Origin: Candidatus Borrarchaeum weybense
Lineage (GTDB): Archaea > Asgardarchaeota > Sifarchaeia > Borrarchaeales > Borrarchaeaceae
DNA: 64,000 nucleotides
Direction of reading: 5' to 3'
Assembly (NCBI GenBank): GCA_019057385.1
Contig: JAHQJS010000007.1
Span: 192,001-256,000 of the forward strand
Within the stretch, counting starts at the first letter, position 1. Every line of letters begins with the position of its first letter. This document shows positions 9,082 to 18,635 of this stretch, one piece after another. The notes under the pieces are model-generated. The model was not told the DNA's origin, did not search any database, and saw nothing but the letters and a program-made list of their open reading frames with translations. A program made the position numbers and the translations under genes.

Positions 9082-10131
9082 CTAGGGAATTATGGCAATT
9101 TTTATGTTTTCGCCCTTTTGTAGCAACTCTAGCGCATCACTTACCTGATTTAATGGCATTTCTTTTGTGATAAGTGGTTTAACTTTTACTATACCCGATG
9201 AAATTAGATCTAATGCTCTCTTAACGCAGGCTGGCGTATGATGGAATATGCCTTTTATTGTTAAGTCTTCATAATGTATACGGTGAGTATCTACAGAGAT
9301 TTTTGTTCCTGGGGCTGCCCCTCCAAATAATATGGTGGTTCCTGCCTTCCCTGTCATTGCAATTGCATTTTCCCATGTTTGGGGTAAACCGACACATTCT
9401 ATGACGATGTCTGCTCCTCGTCCATCGGTTATTTTCTTGACTTTTCCCACAGGGTCTGTTTTTGCGTTAATTACATGATGGGCGCCGACCTCTAAGGCTT
9501 TTTGAAGCCTATATTCTATTAAATCAATTGCAATAACATTTTTGGCTCCTCTTGCACGTGCTAGCTGTATATGAAGCAACCCAATAGGTCCCGCTCCAAT
9601 AACCACAACGTTATCCGTTAAATTAATGTCTGCGATTTCATTACCGTTAACAACGCATGCAAGTGGTTCTGTGAATGCTGCTTCTTGAAATGAAACATGA
9701 TCTGGTATTTCATACATATTTTGACGTGCAATTCTTTCTGGGATGCGGATATATTCCGCATATGCTCCATCTACACTAAATCCAATTAAAGTCTCATCTA
9801 ATTCTTCACAAAGATTTTGTTTTCCTTTTTTGCAAGAATAGCATTCATTACAGGGAGCTGAATTGGCTGCAACTACACGCATACCTCTTTTAAAATTTCT
9901 GACATTTTTGCCAACTACCTCAATAATACCAGAGAATTCATGGCCAAAGGTCAATGGGGGTTTAACTTTTGGATGACCTCTTTTGTATACTTTAAGGTCT
10001 GTGCCACAAGTCAAGATAGCTTTTGTTTTAACTATAACATCACCTTCATGTTCTAGTACTGGAATATCAACATCTTCTAACTTTATTACGCCTGGTTCAT
10101 AGAACCTTATTGCTTTCATTGTTTTTTCCAC
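9082..10131 (-). CDS. Zinc-dependent medium-chain dehydrogenase (threonine/sorbitol/butanediol DH family)
   Basis: CGTD, GHEFSG, structural CxxCxxC-x7-C, GAGPIG. Start is likely the GTG at 10131 or the ATG at 10119, not 10203. Confidence 0.9.
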   Translation of the reverse strand: MEKTMKAIRFYEPGVIKLEDVDIPVLEHEGDVIVKTKAILTCGTDLKVYKRGHPKVKPPLTFGHEFSGIIEVVGKNVRNFKRGMRVVAANSAPCNECYSCKKGKQNLCEELDETLIGFSVDGAYAEYIRIPERIARQNMYEIPDHVSFQEAAFTEPLACVVNGNEIADINLTDNVVVIGAGPIGLLHIQLARARGAKNVIAIDLIEYRLQKALEVGAHHVINAKTDPVGKVKKITDGRGADIVIECVGLPQTWENAIAMTGKAGTTILFGGAAPGTKISVDTHRIHYEDLTIKGIFHHTPACVKRALDLISSGIVKVKPLITKEMPLNQVSDALELLQKGENIKIAIIP

Positions 10132-10518
10132 AGCCTTCAAGCCTCCATGAAATGCTAGAGCGCTTTTTGTTGAGAAAATTCTTTGCAATTCTTTTAAAAG
10201 CAAATTTTATTGCTGTAAATCTATTATCTAATCAGATAATGTTGTACTAGGACGTATTATGAATATATTTAAAAAACATATGCCTTCGACAACTGTTTTT
10301 TAATCTTTAATAAAATCTACATAATTTAATTTTACAAAAATCCGTGAAGCGATTTTTTCTATTAAGAAAATTTTATGCAATTTAAAATGATTTTTTCAGC
10401 GTTAAATTGTGACAAAACGTATAATGTTTATTTTGAATGTGACAAAACATATTGAGGGGGTTATAAAAGTAATTGAATTTTTTCTTTGGTCAAATACATA
10501 TAATTTGTCGAGGGGATC

Positions 10519-10788
10519 TTGAGTGGAGGGAAAAATGTGGTTTTTATTCATAAAAAATGTGGTCAAAGCCCCGATCTCATTAAAATTGTTGAAAAACAAA
10601 TTATTAACACTCTCAAAAAACAGCCAAACGGACACTATCGACTTGAAATAGTCTTCAATGAAATATCGGGTCACGAATACATTTGTGACAAATGTAACAC
10701 TACCTTAGATGACGAAGAAATCGTAGAAATACTTAAAGAGATTTATATTCCAGAAGAGCACGAAAATAGCTATACAACAACTACCTAA
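10519..10788 (+). CDS. Small putative zinc-binding protein
   Basis: HKKCG...CDKC pairs; GAGGGG upstream of TTG start; followed by a T-run. Confidence 0.55.
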   Translation: MSGGKNVVFIHKKCGQSPDLIKIVEKQIINTLKKQPNGHYRLEIVFNEISGHEYICDKCNTTLDDEEIVEILKEIYIPEEHENSYTTTT

Positions 10789-10990
10789 TTGACCTTTTTT
10801 TCTTTTTTACAATAGAAAATCAATGCTAAAAAGAATTGAGCTGTATCCAAAATGATTTTTTTCTTATAAAGAGTAACTACGTCAGTAGTAACGTTTATAA
10901 ATGGATTCACCCCCCCATCGCTTATTACTGCCTATTTATAATCATTTTTGCATCAATAAAAATTATATACCTCAGATGAGGGTATTGTAA

Positions 10991-13900
10991 GTGATCTTTG
11001 ACCGGCTAGGAAAAAAAATTGTACGTTTTAATAAGTTCCTGATCATTACTTGGATCGTAATTGCTATAATCTTAGCTAGTCGCGCAGCTCAAGTTAATGA
11101 TATGTTAACATCAGATTTCTCTGATTTTGTACCTCAAGACATGGAGTCAAGAAGGGCTAGTGATATTTTAAAAGAAGAATTCCCAGACCTACCTGTAACT
11201 TCTCTTATAGTTGTAATTCAGACAAATCCAAGTCATAGTGGGACATCAACGACGCAAGCTGCAGAAAATAATGATATTTTTGATCCCACAATTCAAGATT
11301 TTATTGAAACGCTGGATGATGAAGTTGAAAAATATCCGCATGTCATAAATGTAGACAATTATTATGTTATGAACGAATCTCTCCATCAATCTTATTATGA
11401 AGGAACTTATAAAGGCTTACTTGAAGCTATAACAGAAGCTCATGAAGATTTTAACAAAACACAATCTTTTTACGATATGTCTGACAAGGAACGTGATGAA
11501 TATCTTACTGGACTTGCTCAATTCTTTGCCAGTGATTTCAATATGGACTCAGATGAATTAGAAGACTTTGTGTATGATATTTATGAACTAAAATTCAAAT
11601 TTGATCAAGTTGATGGTGAAGAGTTCTTAGCTCTTGCCAAAAACTATACCCACGAATGGGATCTTAGAGCTTCCCATTTTGAAGCCAATTTTTCTTACTA
11701 TTATACATTCTTAAACACCAATTTTACTCCTTCTCCTTCAATTTTTGATTTTACAACTTATCCACTCCTAACAAATGAAACAAGTGCATATGGAGACTTT
11801 TACACCTGGACAATGCCGAATCTGCTTGGGGCAACCCAAGAAACGATTAATAGAAGCCCAGTATTAATGATGAATGAAGCAGATTTCGTCTTTATAGTGT
11901 ATACTTATTTTGCCATTTATCATTGCTTAGATCTACAATTTGATATGTTCAACCCTGCAAAGTATACTCAAGACCCTGATGATCCTACAACAAATGCTAC
12001 ACTGGTGGATATTGCTAGTGTAATACCAAAGGAGTTAGACCCTGAATCAGTAGCTTATAATACTGTAAAAAGTGTTTTTGGACTTGGTGTTCTAGCAAAT
12101 AATGATCCAAGATATAGTCCGCCAGGTGGAACTGTGGGTCTTAGAATGGCATTAGCAGATATTTTTGCAGGGGAAGTAAAACGGGAACTTAGAGACCAGA
12201 TTAAATTCTATTATGAATTTTTTGATACTGAAATGAATTATTTCGATTTGTCATCTGATTTCGTTAGTATGCTTTTTGAAGCTTTGGGAGGCGATTTAGA
12301 TGACTTCGAACTCGATCTTATGATGGATATCTACGACTTAGGTCCGAATCCCTCAGATGATGATATAGCAAAGTTAGCTAACGAAAAAACTGAAGAGTTC
12401 ATCGAGGACAATCAGCTGAGCGAAAGTTCAATAAAAGAAGTTCTTGAACGATTCGTGAGCGATGATAATGACACTATGATTGTCTTCATAAATTTAGACA
12501 CTAGTTCCAGCGCTGAAGAAACAAAGCACATACTTGAGCAATTAGATGAAGATATCCCTCAAATAAAAGCAGAAGTGATGCCTCAGCAAACTAATGAAAC
12601 GACTTTAAATGCTGAGACAATTGATTTTGAAGTATATGTTACTGGAGAGGCTGCCTTCAACCTGGAAGGTGGTGAAACAGCAGAATCAGACATGGCACTA
12701 ACTGATATGGTTTCGATAATCCTTATTTTAATAATTTTAATGCTGATATTTCGATCTCCAGCAGCTGCTGTGCTTCCTTTAATAGCAATGGGCATTTCAA
12801 TTGTTATTGTGCGAGGCGTATTTTATTCTCTTGGTTTCATGGGCATCCAGATTCATACAATGGCAAATATGTTTACGACACCAGTTTTGCTTGGCGCTGG
12901 AAGTGATTATTGCATTTTCATCATTTCTCGGTTCTTTGAAGAGTTAAGAGGTGGCAAAGATAAGAGACAAGCAATTAGAAAAACAATGGAAACTGCAGGA
13001 AAAACTGTTGCCTCAAGTGGTGGAACCGTTATGATTGGTTTTGCCAGCATGCTTCCAACGAAATTTGGCTTAATGCGCATAATTGGTATGTCTGTACTTC
13101 TAGGAATAGGGGTCGCACTCATATCTGCCCTCACTCTTATACCATCAATACTATTATTATTAGGAGATCGAATATTCTGGCCTCGTCGCAAGACCACGGT
13201 ACAATCAAAGAATTCATCTTCAACAAACAAAAATGGTGGCCTCATAAAAAAAGTTTCGAATGTTGTTGTCAAAAAGCCAAAACTTACTTTAGTACTAATT
13301 TTGGCGGTGTCAATTCCACTTATTTCTCAGATTGCATTTCTTCACCTGTCTTATGATTCTATCGCAATTATGCCTCCTACCGAATCGAAGCAAGGCTACG
13401 ATATTTTAGCAGAAGAATTAGGAGAAGGTGAAATCTCTCCAATGGATGTGGTAATTCACTTCACAAACGAAAATGCAACAATCTGGAACACCACGATTTT
13501 AGAAGAAGTGGGGGTTATGTCAGACTACTTGGAAGCACTCAATGGTACCGATAAAGTAATGTCAATTAAAAAACCATTTGGTACAGAGGAAATCAAGTAT
13601 CTTAAATTCGAGAAAAACGAGACTGCACGTGCACTTATGGAAATGTACGTAAGTGAAGATAATGATACAACCTACATATCAGTCCTTTTAGAGAGAGAAC
13701 CCTATTCAGATGAAGCTATGAATCTGGCAAGGGAAATTAAAACATATTTAATTTCTTATCAGGCGAATAGCACAGTACTAGGCGAAGATCAATGTGAAAT
13801 TCTTCTAGGAGGTGCTAGCCAAGGTAATGTCGAAATGGATAAATTGCTTTGGAATGACTTTTACGGCGTCATGTTGCCCATCACTTTCGCTGGAATATTC

Positions 13901-14422
13901 ATCGTACTTCTAATTCTACTATTATCGATTCCAACTCCGCTTCGGTTAATTGGGACAATATTATTATCAGTATTACAGATTCTAGGACTCACAACTCTTG
14001 TATTTCAAACCGTATTGGGAATTCCTATTGAATTTACTCTTCCAATCATAGTATTTGTTTGTCTAATGGGATTGGGAATGGATTATGATATATTCTTAGT
14101 TTCTCGAATGCGAGAAATTAGATTTGAGCCAGGAAAAGAAACAGATGATGCAACTGCTATACAACAGGCGTTGGAAAAAACTGGTGCGATTATTACCTCT
14201 TGTGGTTGTATAATGGCAGCCGCATTTGGTTCTATGATGCTCTCTTCAACCATTACAATGAAGATGTACGGATTTGCCTTAGCAACTGCAATTATACTAG
14301 ATGCAACAGTGGTACGGTTATTCCTTGTTCCTTCAGTTATGCTTCTGGCAGGTAAATGGAATTGGTGGCCTCCTAAGCTAGCAGAGGTTATTGGATCTAG
14401 ACTCGGAAAGATTGAACATTAG
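10991..14422 (+). CDS. MMPL/RND-family transporter with a large extracytoplasmic insertion
   Basis: Two 1+5 TM repeats; GAGSDYCIF and GLGMDYDIFLVSR motifs; LDATVVR...VPS...WNWWP. Confidence 0.92.
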   Translation: MIFDRLGKKIVRFNKFLIITWIVIAIILASRAAQVNDMLTSDFSDFVPQDMESRRASDILKEEFPDLPVTSLIVVIQTNPSHSGTSTTQAAENNDIFDPTIQDFIETLDDEVEKYPHVINVDNYYVMNESLHQSYYEGTYKGLLEAITEAHEDFNKTQSFYDMSDKERDEYLTGLAQFFASDFNMDSDELEDFVYDIYELKFKFDQVDGEEFLALAKNYTHEWDLRASHFEANFSYYYTFLNTNFTPSPSIFDFTTYPLLTNETSAYGDFYTWTMPNLLGATQETINRSPVLMMNEADFVFIVYTYFAIYHCLDLQFDMFNPAKYTQDPDDPTTNATLVDIASVIPKELDPESVAYNTVKSVFGLGVLANNDPRYSPPGGTVGLRMALADIFAGEVKRELRDQIKFYYEFFDTEMNYFDLSSDFVSMLFEALGGDLDDFELDLMMDIYDLGPNPSDDDIAKLANEKTEEFIEDNQLSESSIKEVLERFVSDDNDTMIVFINLDTSSSAEETKHILEQLDEDIPQIKAEVMPQQTNETTLNAETIDFEVYVTGEAAFNLEGGETAESDMALTDMVSIILILIILMLIFRSPAAAVLPLIAMGISIVIVRGVFYSLGFMGIQIHTMANMFTTPVLLGAGSDYCIFIISRFFEELRGGKDKRQAIRKTMETAGKTVASSGGTVMIGFASMLPTKFGLMRIIGMSVLLGIGVALISALTLIPSILLLLGDRIFWPRRKTTVQSKNSSSTNKNGGLIKKVSNVVVKKPKLTLVLILAVSIPLISQIAFLHLSYDSIAIMPPTESKQGYDILAEELGEGEISPMDVVIHFTNENATIWNTTILEEVGVMSDYLEALNGTDKVMSIKKPFGTEEIKYLKFEKNETARALMEMYVSEDNDTTYISVLLEREPYSDEAMNLAREIKTYLISYQANSTVLGEDQCEILLGGASQGNVEMDKLLWNDFYGVMLPITFAGIFIVLLILLLSIPTPLRLIGTILLSVLQILGLTTLVFQTVLGIPIEFTLPIIVFVCLMGLGMDYDIFLVSRMREIRFEPGKETDDATAIQQALEKTGAIITSCGCIMAAAFGSMMLSSTITMKMYGFALATAIILDATVVRLFLVPSVMLLAGKWNWWPPKLAEVIGSRLGKIEH

Positions 14423-14450
14423 ATATTCCTAAAAGGGTGTTAATTTCACA

Positions 14451-15578
14451 ATGGATTCCACAAAAAGTAGAAGATCACAATTTAGGCCGATGTACTTTTT
14501 AGCACTCTTTTTGCTAATTTGTTTGCTTATGGGAGGATTACATGCTCCTAACTCATTGACAGTGATAGCAGAGCAAGATGATAAACCCCTCTCAACTGAG
14601 GATGACTTTGCAGGAATAAAAGTATTAATTGACCAAGTAAAGTCAGAAAACCGTTCATTACACAGTATGGTCGGTTATTTAGAGGCCGAGGGAGCATCAG
14701 TTGATATACTTGAGGATAAGGTGTTTAATATTAAAAATATTCAAGAATATGACATTTTGATTCTAATTGAGCCGTTATATGATCCTAGCGCAGAAAAGGT
14801 GATAGAAAAATACGTAAAAAACGGCGGAAGCGTGTTGTTTTCAGGTGACAATAGATGGGAAGATTACACGAAATATGTAGACTTTGCAAATATCTCATAT
14901 CAAAAAACAAATCCTAGCGAGGGTTATACGAAAGAAATAAATGGGCATCCAGCAACTCTAAATGTTCAAGAAATATATTGTGCAGAGCCTCAATCAAGTT
15001 TGATAGTTGGAACTAACGCAAGTACGATTGTAATGAAAGACGGGTATGTTGAGGCCGCAGCAGCATGGATAGAAAACGGGAAATTCATGGTTGTTGCCGA
15101 TGAACATATTTTGCTTGATGATTATTACAAGAGTGGTGACAACCACTTATTTATGCATAGCATCCTTAAATGGCTCAGAAATATTGGTTTTTCAATTGAC
15201 GTCACAACAACTATCAAAAAAGGTGAACAAATAACAGTTCAAGCCGAATTCGTGAATTATAGAACCAACGAAATTAGTATTAAAGCAATAACTGAAAGCA
15301 AAAATTTCGAAGAAATAAATAATCACTTTGTTTTGCAACCAGGTAAAAACGAAATAGAATTTCAATTGAGTGAAAATATCATTGAACTCTTTTTCCTTGG
15401 AGAAAAAGAATTGACACTAAAATTTGAATACAATGGCAGGACACTTTTTTCTGAGGACTCAATTATTGATGTGCAATATTCATCAATTTATATCGGTATA
15501 GTTGCTGCTCCTTTGGTCTTTATAGGATTAATCTTACTAATTTTCAAAACTAATTCTAAAAGATCACCTAATTCTTAG
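14451..15578 (+). CDS. Secreted, C-terminally anchored protein with DUF4350/GIFT (GATase-like) domain and Ig-like domain
   Basis: Signal peptide; KVLID...YDILIL...YVKNGGSVLFSGD...HPAT...GKFMVVAD...DNHLF..LKWL pattern; C-terminal TM. Confidence 0.65.
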   Translation: MDSTKSRRSQFRPMYFLALFLLICLLMGGLHAPNSLTVIAEQDDKPLSTEDDFAGIKVLIDQVKSENRSLHSMVGYLEAEGASVDILEDKVFNIKNIQEYDILILIEPLYDPSAEKVIEKYVKNGGSVLFSGDNRWEDYTKYVDFANISYQKTNPSEGYTKEINGHPATLNVQEIYCAEPQSSLIVGTNASTIVMKDGYVEAAAAWIENGKFMVVADEHILLDDYYKSGDNHLFMHSILKWLRNIGFSIDVTTTIKKGEQITVQAEFVNYRTNEISIKAITESKNFEEINNHFVLQPGKNEIEFQLSENIIELFFLGEKELTLKFEYNGRTLFSEDSIIDVQYSSIYIGIVAAPLVFIGLILLIFKTNSKRSPNS

Positions 15579-15675
15579 TTTTTCAAGATTGATACACTAT
15601 TCTATCAGCAGCAACACAGATAATTAAAAAGAAAAAATGTTTGATAGAATCTTGTGCTATTCAAATTTTGTAGAA

Positions 15676-17091
15676 TTAATTGTGTTCTTGGATGATGACG
15701 GCGTAGTCCATGTGTTCGTCACCGGCAAACCGTGCTTTGTAGTGGCAGGAGGGGCAGACAATTGTCCGGTCCTCGTAGCACACATCGGTGACCTGTTGGC
15801 AGATGGGGCATTCTTTCAGTTGCTGTTTGCTGAGCTTCCGATAGGCGGGGAATGTGTAGTTACCGTGTTCACAGACTGCTTGGAAGAAAGTATCGACCTT
15901 TTCGGGGTCGGTATCGTTGGTCAGTGCCGCTGGCGAGATCATAACTGGTAGGTTTGCCTGCACGCTGGCTTCTGCGATTTCTTTAACCTTTTGGTAGATC
16001 TCTTCTTTGCTGGCATCCCGCATGAAGTAAGGTAGGATGGTAGCGGTGTAGGGTTGGTTGTATTCCTTGCATAGCCGGATCATGGCCTGGTGATCGCACT
16101 CTAGATCACCGTTGGCGTTGATGGGGAAGGTTATGGCAGCGGGTAGTGAGATGGTAGGCAGGTACTGTTTATCATTGACGGCGTAATCGAACAGAATCCT
16201 CCAGCGCTCCACGCTGTCGGGGTAATAGGTGATACCCAATGGATGGTAGCGTTTCACGCTTTTATACATCTCATAGATATGGGGGTAGACGTAGGTCAGG
16301 AACTCATCGACATCCAGGCTGGGTGGACTGGCGTAGAGTTCCCAGAAGACGCAGCCGGTGGGATCGATGCCGTATTCCTTATAACGCTGGAGGGTGGCAA
16401 ATACTAATTCGGAGTAGGTTTTCATTTCGTCAACGAAGAAGGTGGGGTAGGTGCCTAAATTCTGGCAGTAATCCTCGATCTGGCGTTTTTCCCGTTCGCT
16501 CTCGGCCTGTGTGTACCGCTGGTAGCATTTAAGGTCTTCCAGCAGCAACTCGGTGGACCGTAGAAAGCAGCCCAGTGTGAAGGTAGAGGTCAGAAAGGGG
16601 CTCACCAAGATGGCTGGCAGTTCCTCTTGGACCTTGCAGAACACCTGGAGTGAGGTTTCGAAATAACCTTCGATTTCTGGGGGATGGATGGTATCCATGT
16701 CGTCGGCGATTTTGATGATGTTGTCGGTGTTGGTGGGGTAGTTCCATTCCGTGAACTGGAAGGGTACTCCCATTTCGTAGAGACCGGAACCTAGCAAAGG
16801 TCCCCCCCAGTAGAGCATGGTAAGGCTGTCGGCGGGGTAGCGTTGGTAGAGTTTTTTGGTGAGCTCAACGTTTTTATCGACGTTATGAAGGAGGTCAATC
16901 CAACTGAGCGAGGGGTCGATGAATTGCGGGTGGATATTGGCGACTGCCAGGATGGTAGCTACCCGATCAGGCAGTTTATTTAAGTTAAACAGCAAGATGC
17001 GCTCCAACGGGGTGAGTTTTACCCCGAAGCCGCGTAATTTATTCTTGACGGATGCTTTAATGACCAATTTTAACAGTTTTAACAAACCCAT
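15676..17091 (-). CDS. Uroporphyrinogen decarboxylase/MtaA-fold (cobamide methyltransferase-like) protein with C-terminal zinc ribbon
   Basis: FTLGCFLRSTELLLEDL, ASPPSLD..EF..YVYP, DTDPEKVDTFF; tail CPIC..CPSC; directly downstream of a corrinoid protein. Confidence 0.7.
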   Translation of the reverse strand: MGLLKLLKLVIKASVKNKLRGFGVKLTPLERILLFNLNKLPDRVATILAVANIHPQFIDPSLSWIDLLHNVDKNVELTKKLYQRYPADSLTMLYWGGPLLGSGLYEMGVPFQFTEWNYPTNTDNIIKIADDMDTIHPPEIEGYFETSLQVFCKVQEELPAILVSPFLTSTFTLGCFLRSTELLLEDLKCYQRYTQAESEREKRQIEDYCQNLGTYPTFFVDEMKTYSELVFATLQRYKEYGIDPTGCVFWELYASPPSLDVDEFLTYVYPHIYEMYKSVKRYHPLGITYYPDSVERWRILFDYAVNDKQYLPTISLPAAITFPINANGDLECDHQAMIRLCKEYNQPYTATILPYFMRDASKEEIYQKVKEIAEASVQANLPVMISPAALTNDTDPEKVDTFFQAVCEHGNYTFPAYRKLSKQQLKECPICQQVTDVCYEDRTIVCPSCHYKARFAGDEHMDYAVIIQEHN

Positions 17092-17131
17092 TTGATTTCA
17101 CCTTAATTTAATTCTTAAAATAGCCAGTTGC

Positions 17132-17911
17132 TTACTCAACACTTGTTAATTCCCAGTTATAGTGCCCTTCTTTTAACTGGGTCACAACTTGGACGGCTTC
17201 TTCAGCGTTATTACCATAACCGTCGGCGCCGATTTCTTTAGCGAACTTGCGGGTGACAGAGGGTCCACCAACTATGATCTTGAATTGATACTGGACTCGT
17301 AGTGGATCAAGGGCTTGAATGGTTTGCTTGAGAGAGAAGTTGGCAGTAGTATCCAACCAGGCACTGAGCCCTACAAATACAGGATGGTGCTGTTTGATGG
17401 CTTCTATAAAGCGATTGGGAGAGATGTCTACTCCCAGATTAATCACATCATAGCCAGCACCTTCCAAAAACAGTTCGACGATTTTAGGACCGATGCTATG
17501 CACATCACCCTCTACGGTGCCCATGACGATTTTTTCCCGGTCCGTGTCGAGTCCTTGTGATTTTATCAGCGGCTCGATAGCGTTCTTGATGAGTTCCACA
17601 CAGCGTGCAGCCATCCATAGGTCGGCAATAAACAGTTCTCGGATGGAAAACTGGTGTCCGACGGTGTTCATGGCGTCGCTGACAATCTCAAGGATTCGTA
17701 ATGGGTCGATATCCGCCTCCAATAATTGAGCCAGGAGATCTTTGATTAAATGGGACTCTCCTTTGATAACCATGTCTCTTAACTGTTCATATAATGAAAT
17801 GAGTTCGAAAGTGTCACCAGTAAATTTAGTATGGTAGTCGATTGGTTCCTCTCTGAGTGTATTGTTCAAGGGCTTATAATTTTCTTGAATGGTAGAAATG
17901 GGTTTCCTCAA
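17132..17911 (-). CDS. Corrinoid (B12-binding) protein, MtaC/MtbC-like
   Basis: Cap domain (AMNTVGHQF..ELFIADL), DxHxxG as GDVHSIG, NLGVD, GLSAWL, VGGP, GADGY. Confidence 0.92.
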   Translation of the reverse strand: MRKPISTIQENYKPLNNTLREEPIDYHTKFTGDTFELISLYEQLRDMVIKGESHLIKDLLAQLLEADIDPLRILEIVSDAMNTVGHQFSIRELFIADLWMAARCVELIKNAIEPLIKSQGLDTDREKIVMGTVEGDVHSIGPKIVELFLEGAGYDVINLGVDISPNRFIEAIKQHHPVFVGLSAWLDTTANFSLKQTIQALDPLRVQYQFKIIVGGPSVTRKFAKEIGADGYGNNAEEAVQVVTQLKEGHYNWELTSVE

Positions 17912-18632
17912 ATTGACATACCTCCAATTCGTTCAGGGTGATAAAAAACTGATAGACCTCCAGTAGGTCGATATCAAAGGGAGAATATAACTTCCATAAA
18001 CTGAGGATGGTGATTTTGTTGTTGACTCCTTGTACCAAGTTGGTGATCAAGTCCATGGGGTAATCACTCACCAGTTTAGAGGCGATTTCTCCCCTTAACA
18101 CCTTGTCTTTTTGTTCAGGAGTCATGACCGGGATTTTCATGCCCGCTTCTTTCATGAGATCCGATTTTTTTACAAACAGTGGCTGGGGAGTTGGTAGTTT
18201 TAAACGGTCCTTTAACTGTTGTGCATTGTCACAGAGAAGACGCAACTCATTACGCAAATAGTTTTGATCACCGCCAGTGCGTCCCAACAACTCATTGGCC
18301 AGTTTATCAGCTTCGTCTGTAGAGATGTCATCCTCAATGATCACGATTAGAATGTCCTTAGCGTCGGTGCCCTCTATGATGCGGTTGCGACGGGCGATCA
18401 CCATGCGTTCGCCCTGCTTTTCTATAACATCAACATCGGTCTCGGCTAGCCCCATATGGAACTGTGCCAGAATGATGGGATCCTTTAGGGTTTCTGCTAC
18501 CTTACTTTCAGAGCATATGCCCTCAAAGGCAATATAAGGCCCTGCCATGATATCAAATTTGAGGAGCAATATCGATTTGATGCCGCACTCCTGCAACGGA
18601 TAGGAATTTAAAAACAAGGGTTCACCGATCAC
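17874..18632 (-). CDS. Longin/uDENN-like (NPRL2-like) domain protein with probable C-terminal winged helix
   Basis: N-terminal ILLLKFDIMAGPYI matches the hhhxF(D/H)xxxGP hairpin of uDENN/NPR2 longin domains; GGAGG RBS; lies 3 nt after the GTPase stop. Fold is inferred. Confidence 0.55.
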   Translation of the reverse strand: MIGEPLFLNSYPLQECGIKSILLLKFDIMAGPYIAFEGICSESKVAETLKDPIILAQFHMGLAETDVDVIEKQGERMVIARRNRIIEGTDAKDILIVIIEDDISTDEADKLANELLGRTGGDQNYLRNELRLLCDNAQQLKDRLKLPTPQPLFVKKSDLMKEAGMKIPVMTPEQKDKVLRGEIASKLVSDYPMDLITNLVQGVNNKITILSLWKLYSPFDIDLLEVYQFFITLNELEVCQFEETHFYHSRKL

Positions 18633-18635
18633 TAC

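Noticed and set aside
15676-17911. Methylotrophic methanogenesis (mtaA/mtaC) call
   Set aside because: The methyltransferase-fold protein lacks the H-x-C zinc motif, and there are no mtaB/mttB or mcr genes in the window.
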